Assembly (NCBI GenBank): GCA_017938245.1
Contig: JAGBBX010000024.1
Location: forward strand, 47,050 to 111,049
Direction of reading: 5' to 3'
Source of the DNA: Bacteroidaceae bacterium
GTDB taxonomy: Bacteria; Bacteroidota; Bacteroidia; Bacteroidales; Bacteroidaceae
Length of the DNA: 64,000 nt
The notes under the pieces were generated by a model. That model saw only the letters and a program-made list of their open reading frames with translations. It ran no database searches and was not told the origin of the DNA. Position numbers and translations under genes: made by a program. This document shows positions 47,716-56,548 of this stretch, one piece after another. The first letter of the stretch is position 1, and each line of letters begins with the position of its first letter.

Positions 47716-48269
47716 ACCTTGAAATCGTGATTGAAATACTCTGTCAAATTCTCCTCTATAATCTCACGCACCGACTGCTCAACTTCGGGGGAGTGCCCCA
47801 GGAACTGACGGCGCGGGATCTTGATTGTGCTGCCGACCTTCATCAGAGCGAGGTGCATCCAAAACTCGGCTTCAGCACTCAACTGGATGGTGCGCTTGTC
47901 GTTTCTCCGCTCCCCGTTCTTCTTTCGTCCGAATGAACCTGTGGAGGAGTAATACTTCGCCCAGAAGAACCGCTTCATCTTAGCGGTAACTGTTATCTCT
48001 CCACCCTCATTGTGGATTTCCGCGTGCGGTTCGTCCGAATAGAAAGTGATGCTGCTGTCTGTGGACTTACTGCGTATGCTCTTACGGAGACCGCCCGTAT
48101 CAATCAAAATGGAGCCGCCAGGACGAGTCGGGCTCTTGCGCCTCTGCCATGCTTCCGAGAAGAAGCCCTGCCGCTCAAAATTGCGGTCAAACTCATCTGA
48201 CAACTCCACCCGAATATCTTTGAGGATATTGCGGAAAACCTGTTTCATGTCATTGTTCGCCATAGTCAA
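47712..48269 (-). CDS. Virion morphogenesis protein (Mu gpG-like)
   Basis: 185 aa. DEFDRNFERQGFF...ILIDTGGLRKSI resembles the Mu G family. Confidence 0.7.
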   Translation of the reverse strand: MTMANNDMKQVFRNILKDIRVELSDEFDRNFERQGFFSEAWQRRKSPTRPGGSILIDTGGLRKSIRSKSTDSSITFYSDEPHAEIHNEGGEITVTAKMKRFFWAKYYSSTGSFGRKKNGERRNDKRTIQLSAEAEFWMHLALMKVGSTIKIPRRQFLGHSPEVEQSVREIIEENLTEYFNHDFKV

Positions 48270-48486
48270 AATCTAAAAACATCTGCACATCACCTGGCAC
48301 CTCATTTTTAGGCTCACACGAGGCGTGAAGTATGTTGTAGAAGGTTCGTTCGGATATACCATAAACAGGATATACGAACCTGCGCCATATCTCGCGGTTA
48401 GGAAGCCCGCGTTTGGCATGCTCATCGTATATCCTATTTATATCTGTCACTCTCTTTTGATAACTTACTCCACGCCTCTTGGCCAT
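48250..48486 (-). CDS. Small DNA-binding-like protein
   Basis: 78 aa and basic, with a possible HTH (YGISERTFYNILH). Confidence 0.5.
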   Translation of the reverse strand: MAKRRGVSYQKRVTDINRIYDEHAKRGLPNREIWRRFVYPVYGISERTFYNILHASCEPKNEVPGDVQMFLDFDYGEQ

Positions 48487-48499
48487 AGGTTAGTTCTGA

Positions 48500-48748
48500 T
48501 TATCGGTTTACACGTTTAGGGGCTGAAGGGTTGTATGGACGTATGTCATAAGTGATTTTTGCACTGACTGTCACACGCCCAGTTCCGCCGCATTGGTCAC
48601 ATACCCATTCCTCCCCTGTATGGGGATCTCGCTCAATGCCTGTGCCGCGACACTTGCGGCACAGGGCTACTTTCGGTTGTTTTTCTACTTCCTGGATCAT
48701 ATCTTCAACTTTTAGGATTCTGTCATACCAAGCGGGATAGGTTTCCAC
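48500..48748 (-). CDS. Small DnaJ-type zinc-finger protein
   Basis: 82 aa with two CxxCxGxG motifs (CRKCRGTG, CDQCGGTG). Confidence 0.65.
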   Translation of the reverse strand: METYPAWYDRILKVEDMIQEVEKQPKVALCRKCRGTGIERDPHTGEEWVCDQCGGTGRVTVSAKITYDIRPYNPSAPKRVNR

Positions 48749-49380
48749 ATCCCGTTCTCGTTCTTGATTTCCGCACGGATGAACTTCTTGCTCACCTCGG
48801 GTTGATAACTCTCCTCGATGATGCGTACACCTTCAAGGAATCGTTCATCCCCAGTATCCTGCGCAACCTTTCGGAGCTGGACTATTCGGCTTGCCTTCAG
48901 TGTTCCTTTGGCATCACGAGCCAACAGACGGAACACCATGTTCACCAATGCCTCGGTCTTCTCATCATTGGCAAGGCTGGAGATGTACTCCTTCACAATG
49001 GCAATACCATCTTCAACTGTATCACGGTACCCATCGGTCACATACACACCAATGGTGATGCGTTTGTTGCCTTCGCTGTTGGTGAAGGTGTGGCTGCGCT
49101 GATCATCCTTGACCTTCGTCTTGAACAACTCGCTCTTCATCTCAAGTATGGTCTTGAAGTTATCCATTACCTGAGCCTTGCTGTTCTTGATGTCTCCGCT
49201 TATCGCCAACAGGATAGGAATACAACGCTCTATCTCCTCATCAACGAGGTCGCGGTACTGCTCACGCTCTGCCTGTGCCTTGGCTTCAGCAGCCTTTTTT
49301 TCTTGGTCTCTTTTGAAGGCAGCGAACTGTGCTTGCTCTTCAGCCGTCATTTCAACGGTGGTGGTTTTGTTCTCGTTCAT
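48712..49380 (-). CDS. DUF3164-family protein (Mu-like early region)
   Basis: 222 aa. The length, position and sequence character are typical of DUF3164. Confidence 0.65.
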   Translation of the reverse strand: MNENKTTTVEMTAEEQAQFAAFKRDQEKKAAEAKAQAEREQYRDLVDEEIERCIPILLAISGDIKNSKAQVMDNFKTILEMKSELFKTKVKDDQRSHTFTNSEGNKRITIGVYVTDGYRDTVEDGIAIVKEYISSLANDEKTEALVNMVFRLLARDAKGTLKASRIVQLRKVAQDTGDERFLEGVRIIEESYQPEVSKKFIRAEIKNENGMWKPIPLGMTES

Positions 49381-49392
49381 AGTGGTAGTATG

Positions 49393-49587
49393 TTAATCTA
49401 ACTTCTTGAATAACGAATTCATTGCGTTGCTACAGTTTTCACGTTCATTGAACGCTGCATAGAGCACTGCAAGTGCAATCTCAAAAAGGGTGTCGGCTGT
49501 TACCTTTCCCAAAAGAAGGGGGGCTACAAGCATTACCTTCACTAACTTAGCGATGTATCCGCCTACTGCTTTCAAATTCTGTTTCAT
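49393..49587 (-). CDS. Small hydrophobic hypothetical protein
   Basis: 64-aa ORF in the early operon. Confidence 0.45.
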   Translation of the reverse strand: MKQNLKAVGGYIAKLVKVMLVAPLLLGKVTADTLFEIALAVLYAAFNERENCSNAMNSLFKKLD

Positions 49588-49598
49588 TGTCTTAAATT

Positions 49599-49775
49599 TT
49601 ATTGGTTGTCATTTTCGTAATCCTGCATCTCGCAATAGTCATCGATTGACATTGCTTCGTATTGGGCGTATGCCCAGTCTGCGAGTTCGCTGAAGAACTG
49701 TGCAGCTTCGTCCCGTTCCATACCGAGGGACGCTTCGGTTGCCTGTTGCTTCAGGGCTTTCAGTTTGTTGTCCAT
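49599..49775 (-). CDS. Small acidic hypothetical protein (58 aa, below the ORF-track cutoff)
   Basis: Hand-translated as MDNKLKALKQQATEASLGMERDEAAQFFSELADWAYAQYEAMSIDDYCEMQDYENDNQ. It fills the gap between two ORFs. Confidence 0.45.
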   Translation of the reverse strand: MDNKLKALKQQATEASLGMERDEAAQFFSELADWAYAQYEAMSIDDYCEMQDYENDNQ

Positions 49776-49779
49776 AGTC

Positions 49780-50247
49780 TTAACATAAATGGGGGTTACC
49801 GCCTATCGGGATGAAGTAGGTAATCTCGCCCGTTGGTTGAACTTCCTTTTTCTGTTTCAGTCCCCCTTTGCGCTGGATGGCACGAAGCTTCTCCGAAAGC
49901 GCATCGAGTTCTTCAATGGTCAGGCGTCCGAAGACCTTGCCCGAAATTCGCTGGTCCTGGCAGAAGGCATTGATACGCGTCCAGTCGGTGGTATCAATTC
50001 CCAACTTCTGCATCAGCTTCAGACAAAGGCTGCGTTTCTTCTTCTGCTCATCTTTGCGACCTGTCAAACGCTCAATAGCCTCACAACAGGCTTCATACTC
50101 TGTCCTGGTCATCTCTCGGAGGCTGTCGGTTCTGTTCCAGGTCCACTGCCTCACGAGGTCACGCTTCATATCTTCTCGATCACCACTACATGGCAACAGA
50201 TTGAACGATGCATAAAAGCGTGCGAAATTGGTTACCTCCTGTGCCAT
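49780..50247 (-). CDS. GemA-like (DUF1018-like) protein, tentative
   Basis: 155 aa. The call rests on position in the Mu-like early/middle region and on a helical, basic linker. Confidence 0.45.
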   Translation of the reverse strand: MAQEVTNFARFYASFNLLPCSGDREDMKRDLVRQWTWNRTDSLREMTRTEYEACCEAIERLTGRKDEQKKKRSLCLKLMQKLGIDTTDWTRINAFCQDQRISGKVFGRLTIEELDALSEKLRAIQRKGGLKQKKEVQPTGEITYFIPIGGNPHLC

Positions 50248-50251
50248 AACT

Positions 50252-50503
50252 TTACATTGCTTTTACTTGATCCTCTACTGTAACCACAGCCCCAGCAACA
50301 AACATTGCAAGCATCTCTTGTGGTGTTACCCCCAGCGAGGCAAATGAGTCACTTTTCAATATCACATCTTCCGAGGTCATAACTTCCCAAGCTTTCTCCA
50401 CATCGTCCCTGTCGTGGGAACTCGTTCCAAGCAGGAAGAGGACATTGTCATAATCCTTACGGTCAAATTCAAAGACCACTCTTACTTTCTGATTGTCTGC
50501 CAT
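50252..50503 (-). CDS. Hypothetical protein
   Basis: 83 aa from MADNQKVRV. This start abuts the upstream stop. Confidence 0.5.
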   Translation of the reverse strand: MADNQKVRVVFEFDRKDYDNVLFLLGTSSHDRDDVEKAWEVMTSEDVILKSDSFASLGVTPQEMLAMFVAGAVVTVEDQVKAM

Positions 50504-50505
50504 AA

Positions 50506-50955
50506 TCATTCTCCTTTCGATAATTGAAATCTTGTTGCCATTACTTGCTTGTTGCACTCTGGGCAGCACTCGCCCCCGTGCTTCACTGGGTGCGGGTTGT
50601 GCCCGTAGCCTGAATGTATCTCGCCACAGATGCAGCATACATATTCACGGCTTGACTTCTGCCCCTCGAACATCACCTTGATGCCGCAACTGCTTGCCAC
50701 ATCAAGCTCCAGCTTCGCGCCCTTTGAGAGTTCCCAGCCGTTGAGCATATAGATGTAGTCACAGCCCACGAGCAAAGCAATGTCTGCCTTCATGTGCGCC
50801 ATCCAATGGGCCTCTGCAGGGACACCGTTCTCAAAGGGGTTCACAGGTTCAAAGCCCTGCTCCTTCAATCGGAGAGCAGCTGCTTCAAATGTAGCCCGTC
50901 GCTCTTCCATTCCGTAGTGGGCTATCGCACCACTGATGTAAACTTTCTTCTTCAT
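50506..50955 (-). CDS. DUF4406 (nucleoside 2-deoxyribosyltransferase-like) fused to a Cys-rich zinc ribbon
   Basis: The N-terminus is KVYISGAI...NPFEN...CDYIYMLNGWELSKGAKLE. The C-terminus is CCICGE...CCPEC. Confidence 0.65.
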   Translation of the reverse strand: MKKKVYISGAIAHYGMEERRATFEAAALRLKEQGFEPVNPFENGVPAEAHWMAHMKADIALLVGCDYIYMLNGWELSKGAKLELDVASSCGIKVMFEGQKSSREYVCCICGEIHSGYGHNPHPVKHGGECCPECNKQVMATRFQLSKGE

Positions 50956-50956
50956 C

Positions 50957-51136
50957 TCACTCTATTGTTAGTTGAACATTAAAATTGAATTCCTTACATA
51001 GTCGCCTTATCTGTATGACCTTCATCGGGTCCTTGTCGTAGGCGAAGTATATCTCTCTTGCCTTGGTGTTGCACCGAACTCCCTTCTTGCGTAGCCTATA
51101 CAGGAGATTCGTCCGCCGTTTCAGTCTCGGGTCCAT
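50957..51136 (-). CDS. Small basic hypothetical protein (59 aa, below the ORF-track cutoff)
   Basis: Hand-translated as MDPRLKRRTNLLYRLRKKGVRCNTKAREIYFAYDKDPMKVIQIRRLCKEFNFNVQLTIE. It overlaps the upstream gene end by about 40 nt. Confidence 0.4.
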   Translation of the reverse strand: MDPRLKRRTNLLYRLRKKGVRCNTKAREIYFAYDKDPMKVIQIRRLCKEFNFNVQLTIE

Positions 51137-51770
51137 CGTTTAGCGTATTATAAACTTCAACTTCCTTCTCTTCCCAGATGCTGTAATAAGCACCCACTTG
51201 ACCAGCATATCGTCCTTGGCAATAGGCTCGATAACCTTGCGTGCGAACTTTCACACCAGCCTTATACTTCAGCCTGATTGCTGGTTTGCCGAGGGGCTTA
51301 CCTTTGTCCTCCTGGCTGATGAAGATGAATGTCTTCTTCGGGAAGCGTTCTATGAGTTCTGCGGTAAGTTTATATTCCCAACCAGCTTCATAAGCCTCTT
51401 GATAACTATCGACTATGATAAACTTGGCACTTTTGGGCTTTGCCAGTCGTTTGCCCAGCTCTTCTATATCGCCATCAGTTATGATGCGGAAAGAGCCTTG
51501 GACCTCGTTCATCTTGAAACGCTCGAGACGCTTCTGCATAGACAATCCGACACCTTCCTCAAGAGAGACATACAGCACGGAGCCGATACCACAAAGCATC
51601 TTGGCAAGCTGCATCACGAAGGAACTCTTACCGCTGGCACTGGGTCCAGTGATGAACCAGGTATCACCCTGTTCAGGCTCTCCGAACACCTCTTTCCACT
51701 TGCCTGTAAACGGCAGCACCTTGTGGTTTATGCTTGCAACATCCTTCGGACTGTATGCTCTCTTTGCCAT
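51096..51770 (-). CDS. P-loop NTPase (RecA/Sak4-like fold?)
   Basis: 224 aa with Walker A GPSASGKSS and Walker B FIIVDSY. Confidence 0.7.
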   Translation of the reverse strand: MAKRAYSPKDVASINHKVLPFTGKWKEVFGEPEQGDTWFITGPSASGKSSFVMQLAKMLCGIGSVLYVSLEEGVGLSMQKRLERFKMNEVQGSFRIITDGDIEELGKRLAKPKSAKFIIVDSYQEAYEAGWEYKLTAELIERFPKKTFIFISQEDKGKPLGKPAIRLKYKAGVKVRTQGYRAYCQGRYAGQVGAYYSIWEEKEVEVYNTLNDGPETETADESPV

Positions 51771-51773
51771 CGC

Positions 51774-52646
51774 TTACGCCATTTTCAGTTTCTCAATCTC
51801 CGTATATACACGGCGGAGTCCACCGTTAGTCTTACGCACAAGGGTAGCGATATCGGTTCCTGCAGGGGCATTCACCTTCGCCACGGCACAAGCCTGGTCC
51901 TTCAGGAACTTCTCACGCTCCTTGCCATCATCGGGTGTCACCTTGCTGTATCTGTCACCGTAACGGCTCAACATCTCGGTGTAGCCCACCTTCTGGTGCT
52001 CTATCGAGCGTTCAATCTTCGCCTTCAGGCCATCGGCACCCATCATATACCAGGCGCAACATCTCTCGGTAGCGTTCCACAAGGCTTTGAGCTCAAGGAA
52101 CGCCTCATACTGAAGGTCGCCAGCTTCATCAAGAATGATAAGGGGAGTTTCGATAGAACGGAGATAGTACACAAGATCCTCGTAAACATCACTGTATCTG
52201 CCGTTGCTGTTCACGCCAAACTCACTGGCTATCTTACGCACCAGCTTCAGCTTTGTCTTCACCTGTGAGCAGTCCACATAGATTGCGTTACGGTGTCCTT
52301 GTACATAGTAGCGTGCGGTGAAGGTCTTGCCGATATTCGGTATATCGCAAAGGATAGCACTCAAGCCGCTCTGCTGGCAAGCCTCCAACTGTATAGTGAT
52401 AAAGTCGAAGGTGGCAGTCTTGGCAGCTTTCCACTCCATACCGCCTCGGAGGTTTACACCCAGACGGCGGGCAATGGTTATCCAGTTGGCATCGCTCAAC
52501 GCCTTGTCGGTCTGACCGTTCTTGATGGCACTGTAAACCGAGGTAGAGATACCCAACGAAGCAGCGTGCTTCGCATCGCTCGGGTAGTTTGCACGGTTGG
52601 CTGCTATCGCCTCCAATATCCGTTTCTTGTTGTCTGCTGTAATCAT
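51774..52646 (-). CDS. MuB-like AAA+ transposition ATPase with N-terminal HTH
   Basis: 290 aa with an HTH (ASLGISTSVYSAIKNG), Walker A-like IPNIGKT and Walker B ILDEAGD. It lies directly downstream of the transposase. Confidence 0.8.
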   Translation of the reverse strand: MITADNKKRILEAIAANRANYPSDAKHAASLGISTSVYSAIKNGQTDKALSDANWITIARRLGVNLRGGMEWKAAKTATFDFITIQLEACQQSGLSAILCDIPNIGKTFTARYYVQGHRNAIYVDCSQVKTKLKLVRKIASEFGVNSNGRYSDVYEDLVYYLRSIETPLIILDEAGDLQYEAFLELKALWNATERCCAWYMMGADGLKAKIERSIEHQKVGYTEMLSRYGDRYSKVTPDDGKEREKFLKDQACAVAKVNAPAGTDIATLVRKTNGGLRRVYTEIEKLKMA

Positions 52647-52683
52647 TGTCTCAAACTTATTTTAATGTTATTCTAATGCTGTT

Positions 52684-54678
52684 CTAAAGGGATTCCAACG
52701 CACTTGGGACGTGGTAAGTAACCGCCTCTTCTGGTTCGCCCAGGGTCGGGAGCTCCAGAGCTTCAACCGCCACCTCGATAGGCTGCTCCACCTTTGCCAC
52801 CCCTACAGGGACAATGGCATTGCGGTTCACATAGCCGTTGAAGTCCGCTATCTTCTTCTGCTGGGCAACGAATATCTCCCTGTCCTCATCCGTCTGTTCG
52901 GCATCGGCTGTGTTGAAAGTGCCGACATCCTCGAGCTTGTCAATCAGGCGGTCACTCTGGAAGATATACACATCGGTCACCTCACCCTCATCATTGGTCA
53001 GATAATAGGCATCCACCTTCCAGTTGTTGGGTTCCAGTTTTTCAATGACCTCGGTCTTGCTCAACCACCAGTCCTTATAAGCCACCTTGCAGTAGCTGTT
53101 ACGGCGTATGGTTGTCGGTACCCGTTCACCGATGAAACGTGCCCATACAGACTTATCCATTGGCTGGAGGGTCGGGTTCATATTCGCCTCAAGAACCTGC
53201 CAGCGTGTCATACCTGGATACTTCTTCTGGTTAGGGTGCAGGGAGTGGTTGAACTCCTGAATGTCGCGCATATCGTCAGCGATCAATTCATCCCAGGTGT
53301 AATACTGCTTATCCTCGTAGGTGTCGTTTGCCGCATCAAACACCTTCTTCGACTCGGTACGGTAGGCACGGCCTTTGGCATAGAAGCGACCAATACCGAG
53401 GTGGTTCTTGTGCTCAATGCTACGCTTCTTCGCTCCGTTCAAAGGCTCGGCATACTTCTCCTGCGAGTTCATAGGAGCACAGAAGCGGACGAACGGGAAC
53501 AACACTCCAGCCTTGAGGAAGCTGTCACGCCATTGGCTCATAAGGTGGTTCTCAACCTCCACCTGTGCAGGACAACCCCAACCGTGGCGTTCTATCAATC
53601 GGAACATCGAGCGGAAGCAGTCTGTCACCAGGTCCACATTCTTGTAGCGGTTGTAGGCAAAGCCCACCACGCACTGGCTTGCCACATCGTAGGCGTAGTA
53701 TGCTTTCGGGCGGATCTTTGTGTCTGCCAGCTTACGGGGAAGGTCGCGGTCATCGAATGACACTTTCGAGAATGAGAACTCAGGAGCGTGGCGGTGAACG
53801 TGTGGCATCTGCTCGTGCATAAAGGTCGTGTACGACATCTGTTTCTGGTCTATCAGCACACGGTTCTTCGGCATATTCAGATAGTTCGTGATGGTGCTTT
53901 CGCTGAGTGACATTGGTTCGCCGTTCTTGTCGGTCCACTCATCAGGATTGAGAAGCTCGCCTGTCTCATAGTCCCACACCTCCAGTTCGCCGCATACGAA
54001 AGAGTTGTACATCTCCCAGACGCTGGTGTTGAACGGCTTGTTGGGGAGTACCGCAATCGAAAGGATAAGACGCTCGGTCTTGTGGTCAACCTTACGGCGG
54101 CTCTGGTTGCCGAACTTGCCACTGATAAGGCAAGCATAGCCCTGTGCCTGGTACTCGTTCACCTTCTTGCGGAAACGGAGCATACTTGTAGGCAGGGTGT
54201 GGTTGGTCTTCATTCTGTAGCCTTCCACCGCCTGGGACATCATCGACCAGTCATACTTCAGTCCCATCGTCTTATGTATCGCCTTGGCGTTGTTGTATAA
54301 GCGAATGCAAGCGTTCAGCACACTGGCGTTGGCAACATACTCGGCTACATGGGCATCGGTGGCGTGGTCGTGTCCGCACTTGTTTCTCCAGTCAGCAAAA
54401 TAGGCTACGGCTGCCTGGTCTATCTCATAGTTGGCATCCAACCAGGCAAGCAGCACCTCAAGAGACGGGTCGGGATACAAGGCTTTCACCTTATCCTTGT
54501 AAGTATCAGGGAGGCTGCTTACGGATACAAGGGCATAGTTGTTACTTGAGCCACCACCACGGCGTACCACATCGATGCGACCACGCGCTGCGAGTTGCTT
54601 ATAGTTCGGAGTTGACATAATGCCCCCGTCTATAAGCTCACGCGCCGAAATGCAAAGTGTATTACCGTAGTATTCCAT
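52684..54678 (-). CDS. Mu-type DDE transposase (MuA-like)
   Basis: 664 aa with an N-terminal DNA-binding region, a central rve/DDE-like core and an acidic C-terminus. It is paired with the MuB-like gene. Confidence 0.85.
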   Translation of the reverse strand: MEYYGNTLCISARELIDGGIMSTPNYKQLAARGRIDVVRRGGGSSNNYALVSVSSLPDTYKDKVKALYPDPSLEVLLAWLDANYEIDQAAVAYFADWRNKCGHDHATDAHVAEYVANASVLNACIRLYNNAKAIHKTMGLKYDWSMMSQAVEGYRMKTNHTLPTSMLRFRKKVNEYQAQGYACLISGKFGNQSRRKVDHKTERLILSIAVLPNKPFNTSVWEMYNSFVCGELEVWDYETGELLNPDEWTDKNGEPMSLSESTITNYLNMPKNRVLIDQKQMSYTTFMHEQMPHVHRHAPEFSFSKVSFDDRDLPRKLADTKIRPKAYYAYDVASQCVVGFAYNRYKNVDLVTDCFRSMFRLIERHGWGCPAQVEVENHLMSQWRDSFLKAGVLFPFVRFCAPMNSQEKYAEPLNGAKKRSIEHKNHLGIGRFYAKGRAYRTESKKVFDAANDTYEDKQYYTWDELIADDMRDIQEFNHSLHPNQKKYPGMTRWQVLEANMNPTLQPMDKSVWARFIGERVPTTIRRNSYCKVAYKDWWLSKTEVIEKLEPNNWKVDAYYLTNDEGEVTDVYIFQSDRLIDKLEDVGTFNTADAEQTDEDREIFVAQQKKIADFNGYVNRNAIVPVGVAKVEQPIEVAVEALELPTLGEPEEAVTYHVPSALESL

Positions 54679-54688
54679 AAAGCCCTCC

Positions 54689-55051
54689 TTATCTCAAGGT
54701 CATCGCCCAGTTTTGGATTCCCTCAATGTCGTTAAGCATCACAACATCGTAGTGCCTAACCTTCAAGCCCTTGAAAAATACATCCCCTGAAGAATCATTC
54801 TTGCTGAACTCCAACATTGCCCCGTTTGGCAGATATTGGCGCATATAGTTATCGTGATCGTGGAATGTCTCAACTGACGGTTGCTTACTCATCAATATGC
54901 CATAGTTCGCATAAGCTGCTTTGCGGATCTTGCAAGCAAGTTCACTATCACTTTCAAAGGTTAAAGCCTTCCATATCATTACAGAAGTGCAGTTGAATAC
55001 CTTCATCAATTTTTGACGGGTCTCCTTAGTTACATGAATGTATCGTCCCAT
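54689..55051 (-). CDS. Early-region hypothetical protein
   Basis: 120-aa ORF in the early operon. Confidence 0.55.
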   Translation of the reverse strand: MGRYIHVTKETRQKLMKVFNCTSVMIWKALTFESDSELACKIRKAAYANYGILMSKQPSVETFHDHDNYMRQYLPNGAMLEFSKNDSSGDVFFKGLKVRHYDVVMLNDIEGIQNWAMTLR

Positions 55052-55058
55052 ATCTCAC

Positions 55059-55256
55059 TTATTTAATTTCGTTAATAATCGGTTTTAAACTGCAACCATA
55101 GCAGGTTACAAGTTTGTTCTGCATCTCCTTCACAAACTCATCGGTTGCCTTGAATGTTACCCCTACACCTGGGGTGTGAGTAAACTCCTTGCCACGGACA
55201 ATCAGATAGAAGCAAACCTTGTTGAGAGTACTCTTTGTTACGAATGTCTTTTCCAT
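55059..55256 (-). CDS. Early-region hypothetical protein
   Basis: 65-aa ORF. Confidence 0.45.
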   Translation of the reverse strand: MEKTFVTKSTLNKVCFYLIVRGKEFTHTPGVGVTFKATDEFVKEMQNKLVTCYGCSLKPIINEIK

Positions 55257-55263
55257 ACCTCAG

Positions 55264-55644
55264 CTATTTAAGATTGTTTGCAATGTATGTGTGGTCTTCT
55301 GTATTGAAAGGCAAACCCAACTCCATTTTTCGGAGTACCACGTTACGATGTCCAATCAATGACACAGCCTTAAAGTAGAGTTCCTCACTATCATAATCAC
55401 AAGCCTTCGTGATAAGGTAGTCGGCAATGTTCTCAATAACTTCTTGCTTCTGCTTGCACTGGAGTTCATAGTTTACGGCACGCACGTGAACATCTCTCAA
55501 AATTTCGCTTTCGCCATACTTCTTGAACTCTTCACAAAACTGATCCTTATCCATTGAGGTGTTCATATAAACCGCGTGGATGTAGTCAAACTGCTCAGGG
55601 GTAGGGGTGATTCCCGTTCTCTCTGTAAATTCCTTCTGTGTCAT
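55264..55644 (-). CDS. First early gene (Ner/Cro-position protein)
   Basis: 126 aa. The N-terminus MTQKEFTERTGI looks HTH-like. The gene is divergent from the repressor. Confidence 0.55.
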   Translation of the reverse strand: MTQKEFTERTGITPTPEQFDYIHAVYMNTSMDKDQFCEEFKKYGESEILRDVHVRAVNYELQCKQKQEVIENIADYLITKACDYDSEELYFKAVSLIGHRNVVLRKMELGLPFNTEDHTYIANNLK

Positions 55645-55695
55645 TGTCTCTCTTATTTATTGGTTCTAAAATTCGTTCAACTCGGCAAATTTTCG

Positions 55696-55751
55696 TATCT
55701 TTGGCCGCCGTTAATTGATTAACACGGTGCAAATATACAGAATATTCTGTA
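55696..55751. promoter_or_regulatory. Lysis-lysogeny switch: overlapping divergent promoters plus a 16-bp palindromic operator
   Basis: Plus-strand TATCTTTG at 55696-55703 and minus-strand TATATTTG at 55730-55737. A perfect palindrome TACAGAATATTCTGTA lies at 55736-55751 and TTAATtgATTAA at 55711-55722. Confidence 0.55.
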
Positions 55752-55763
55752 ATCACAAAAATT

Positions 55764-56288
55764 ATGAAGGAAAAAAATGCAGAAATTTCTGCAAGAATAG
55801 ATGAAGTCATCTGTATCTTGCACACAAACCCCAATAAATTTGCTAATGCATTGGGGTACAGTAGGGCACAGACTATATATGATATACTGGAGGGAAAGTC
55901 TGCGCCAAGTTATGATTTTTTCAAGAGGTTTACAATGTCAGGATATTCTGTATTTATAAACCTTAGATGGCTACTTTCAGGAGAAGGTAATCCTATAGTG
56001 GAAGAAAGATACTTGGAATCAGATCTGCCAATCATAAAGGGGGAAATGACTCCAGAGGAAGCAGCTCAAAAACTAAAAGAAATAAAGGCAAAGAAGCAAC
56101 AGCCAATAGCCAATAACCAAGACCCAATCATCAATCGAATACTTGAGTCAATGGACAAAAAGGATGCTATTATAAAAGAGCAAGCAGAGGAGATTGGACA
56201 ACTGCGTGAGCGGATAGCCCAGCTTCAGCGTGAAAAAGGAAAAAATGCTTCGGATGCCCAGACTTCGGACATTGCAAATGTAGGGTAA
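55764..56288 (+). CDS. CI-type phage repressor (HTH plus C-terminal coiled coil)
   Basis: 174 aa. The motif is ...KFANALGYSRAQTIYDILEGKSAPSYDFF...NLRWLLSGEGNP, with a charged helical C-terminus. Confidence 0.8.
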   Translation: MKEKNAEISARIDEVICILHTNPNKFANALGYSRAQTIYDILEGKSAPSYDFFKRFTMSGYSVFINLRWLLSGEGNPIVEERYLESDLPIIKGEMTPEEAAQKLKEIKAKKQQPIANNQDPIINRILESMDKKDAIIKEQAEEIGQLRERIAQLQREKGKNASDAQTSDIANVG

Positions 56289-56401
56289 CACATCTTCGGA
56301 TCATCTGGGGCGGTCGTAAGGACTCCCTGTAACGAAGCGTATGTACCCCGTACCCCCTAAATACCCCATATTAGGGTAGGGTACCCCCCTCTAATAACCA
56401 C

Positions 56402-56437
56402 AAAACCCCGTAGAAACCGCATTCTAACGGGGTTTTT
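56402..56437 (+). terminator. Intrinsic terminator downstream of the repressor gene
   Basis: 10-bp stem AAAACCCCGT/ACGGGGTTTT followed by Ts. Confidence 0.65.
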
Positions 56438-56548
56438 ACATTGTTTGAACGCAAAAACCTATATCGCAAATGGGCAGTTTCCCCCACTCTACCCCTTCAA
56501 AATGGCAAGTTCCCTCCCCTCTATCCCCCCCCTCCAAAACCCCGAATG

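Noticed and set aside
51198-53760. Long plus-strand ORFs (51198-52268, 356 aa; 52711-53760, 349 aa) opposite the MuB-like and transposase genes.
   Set aside because: They are shadow ORFs. The minus-strand frames carry recognisable Walker, HTH and transposase features, whereas these do not.
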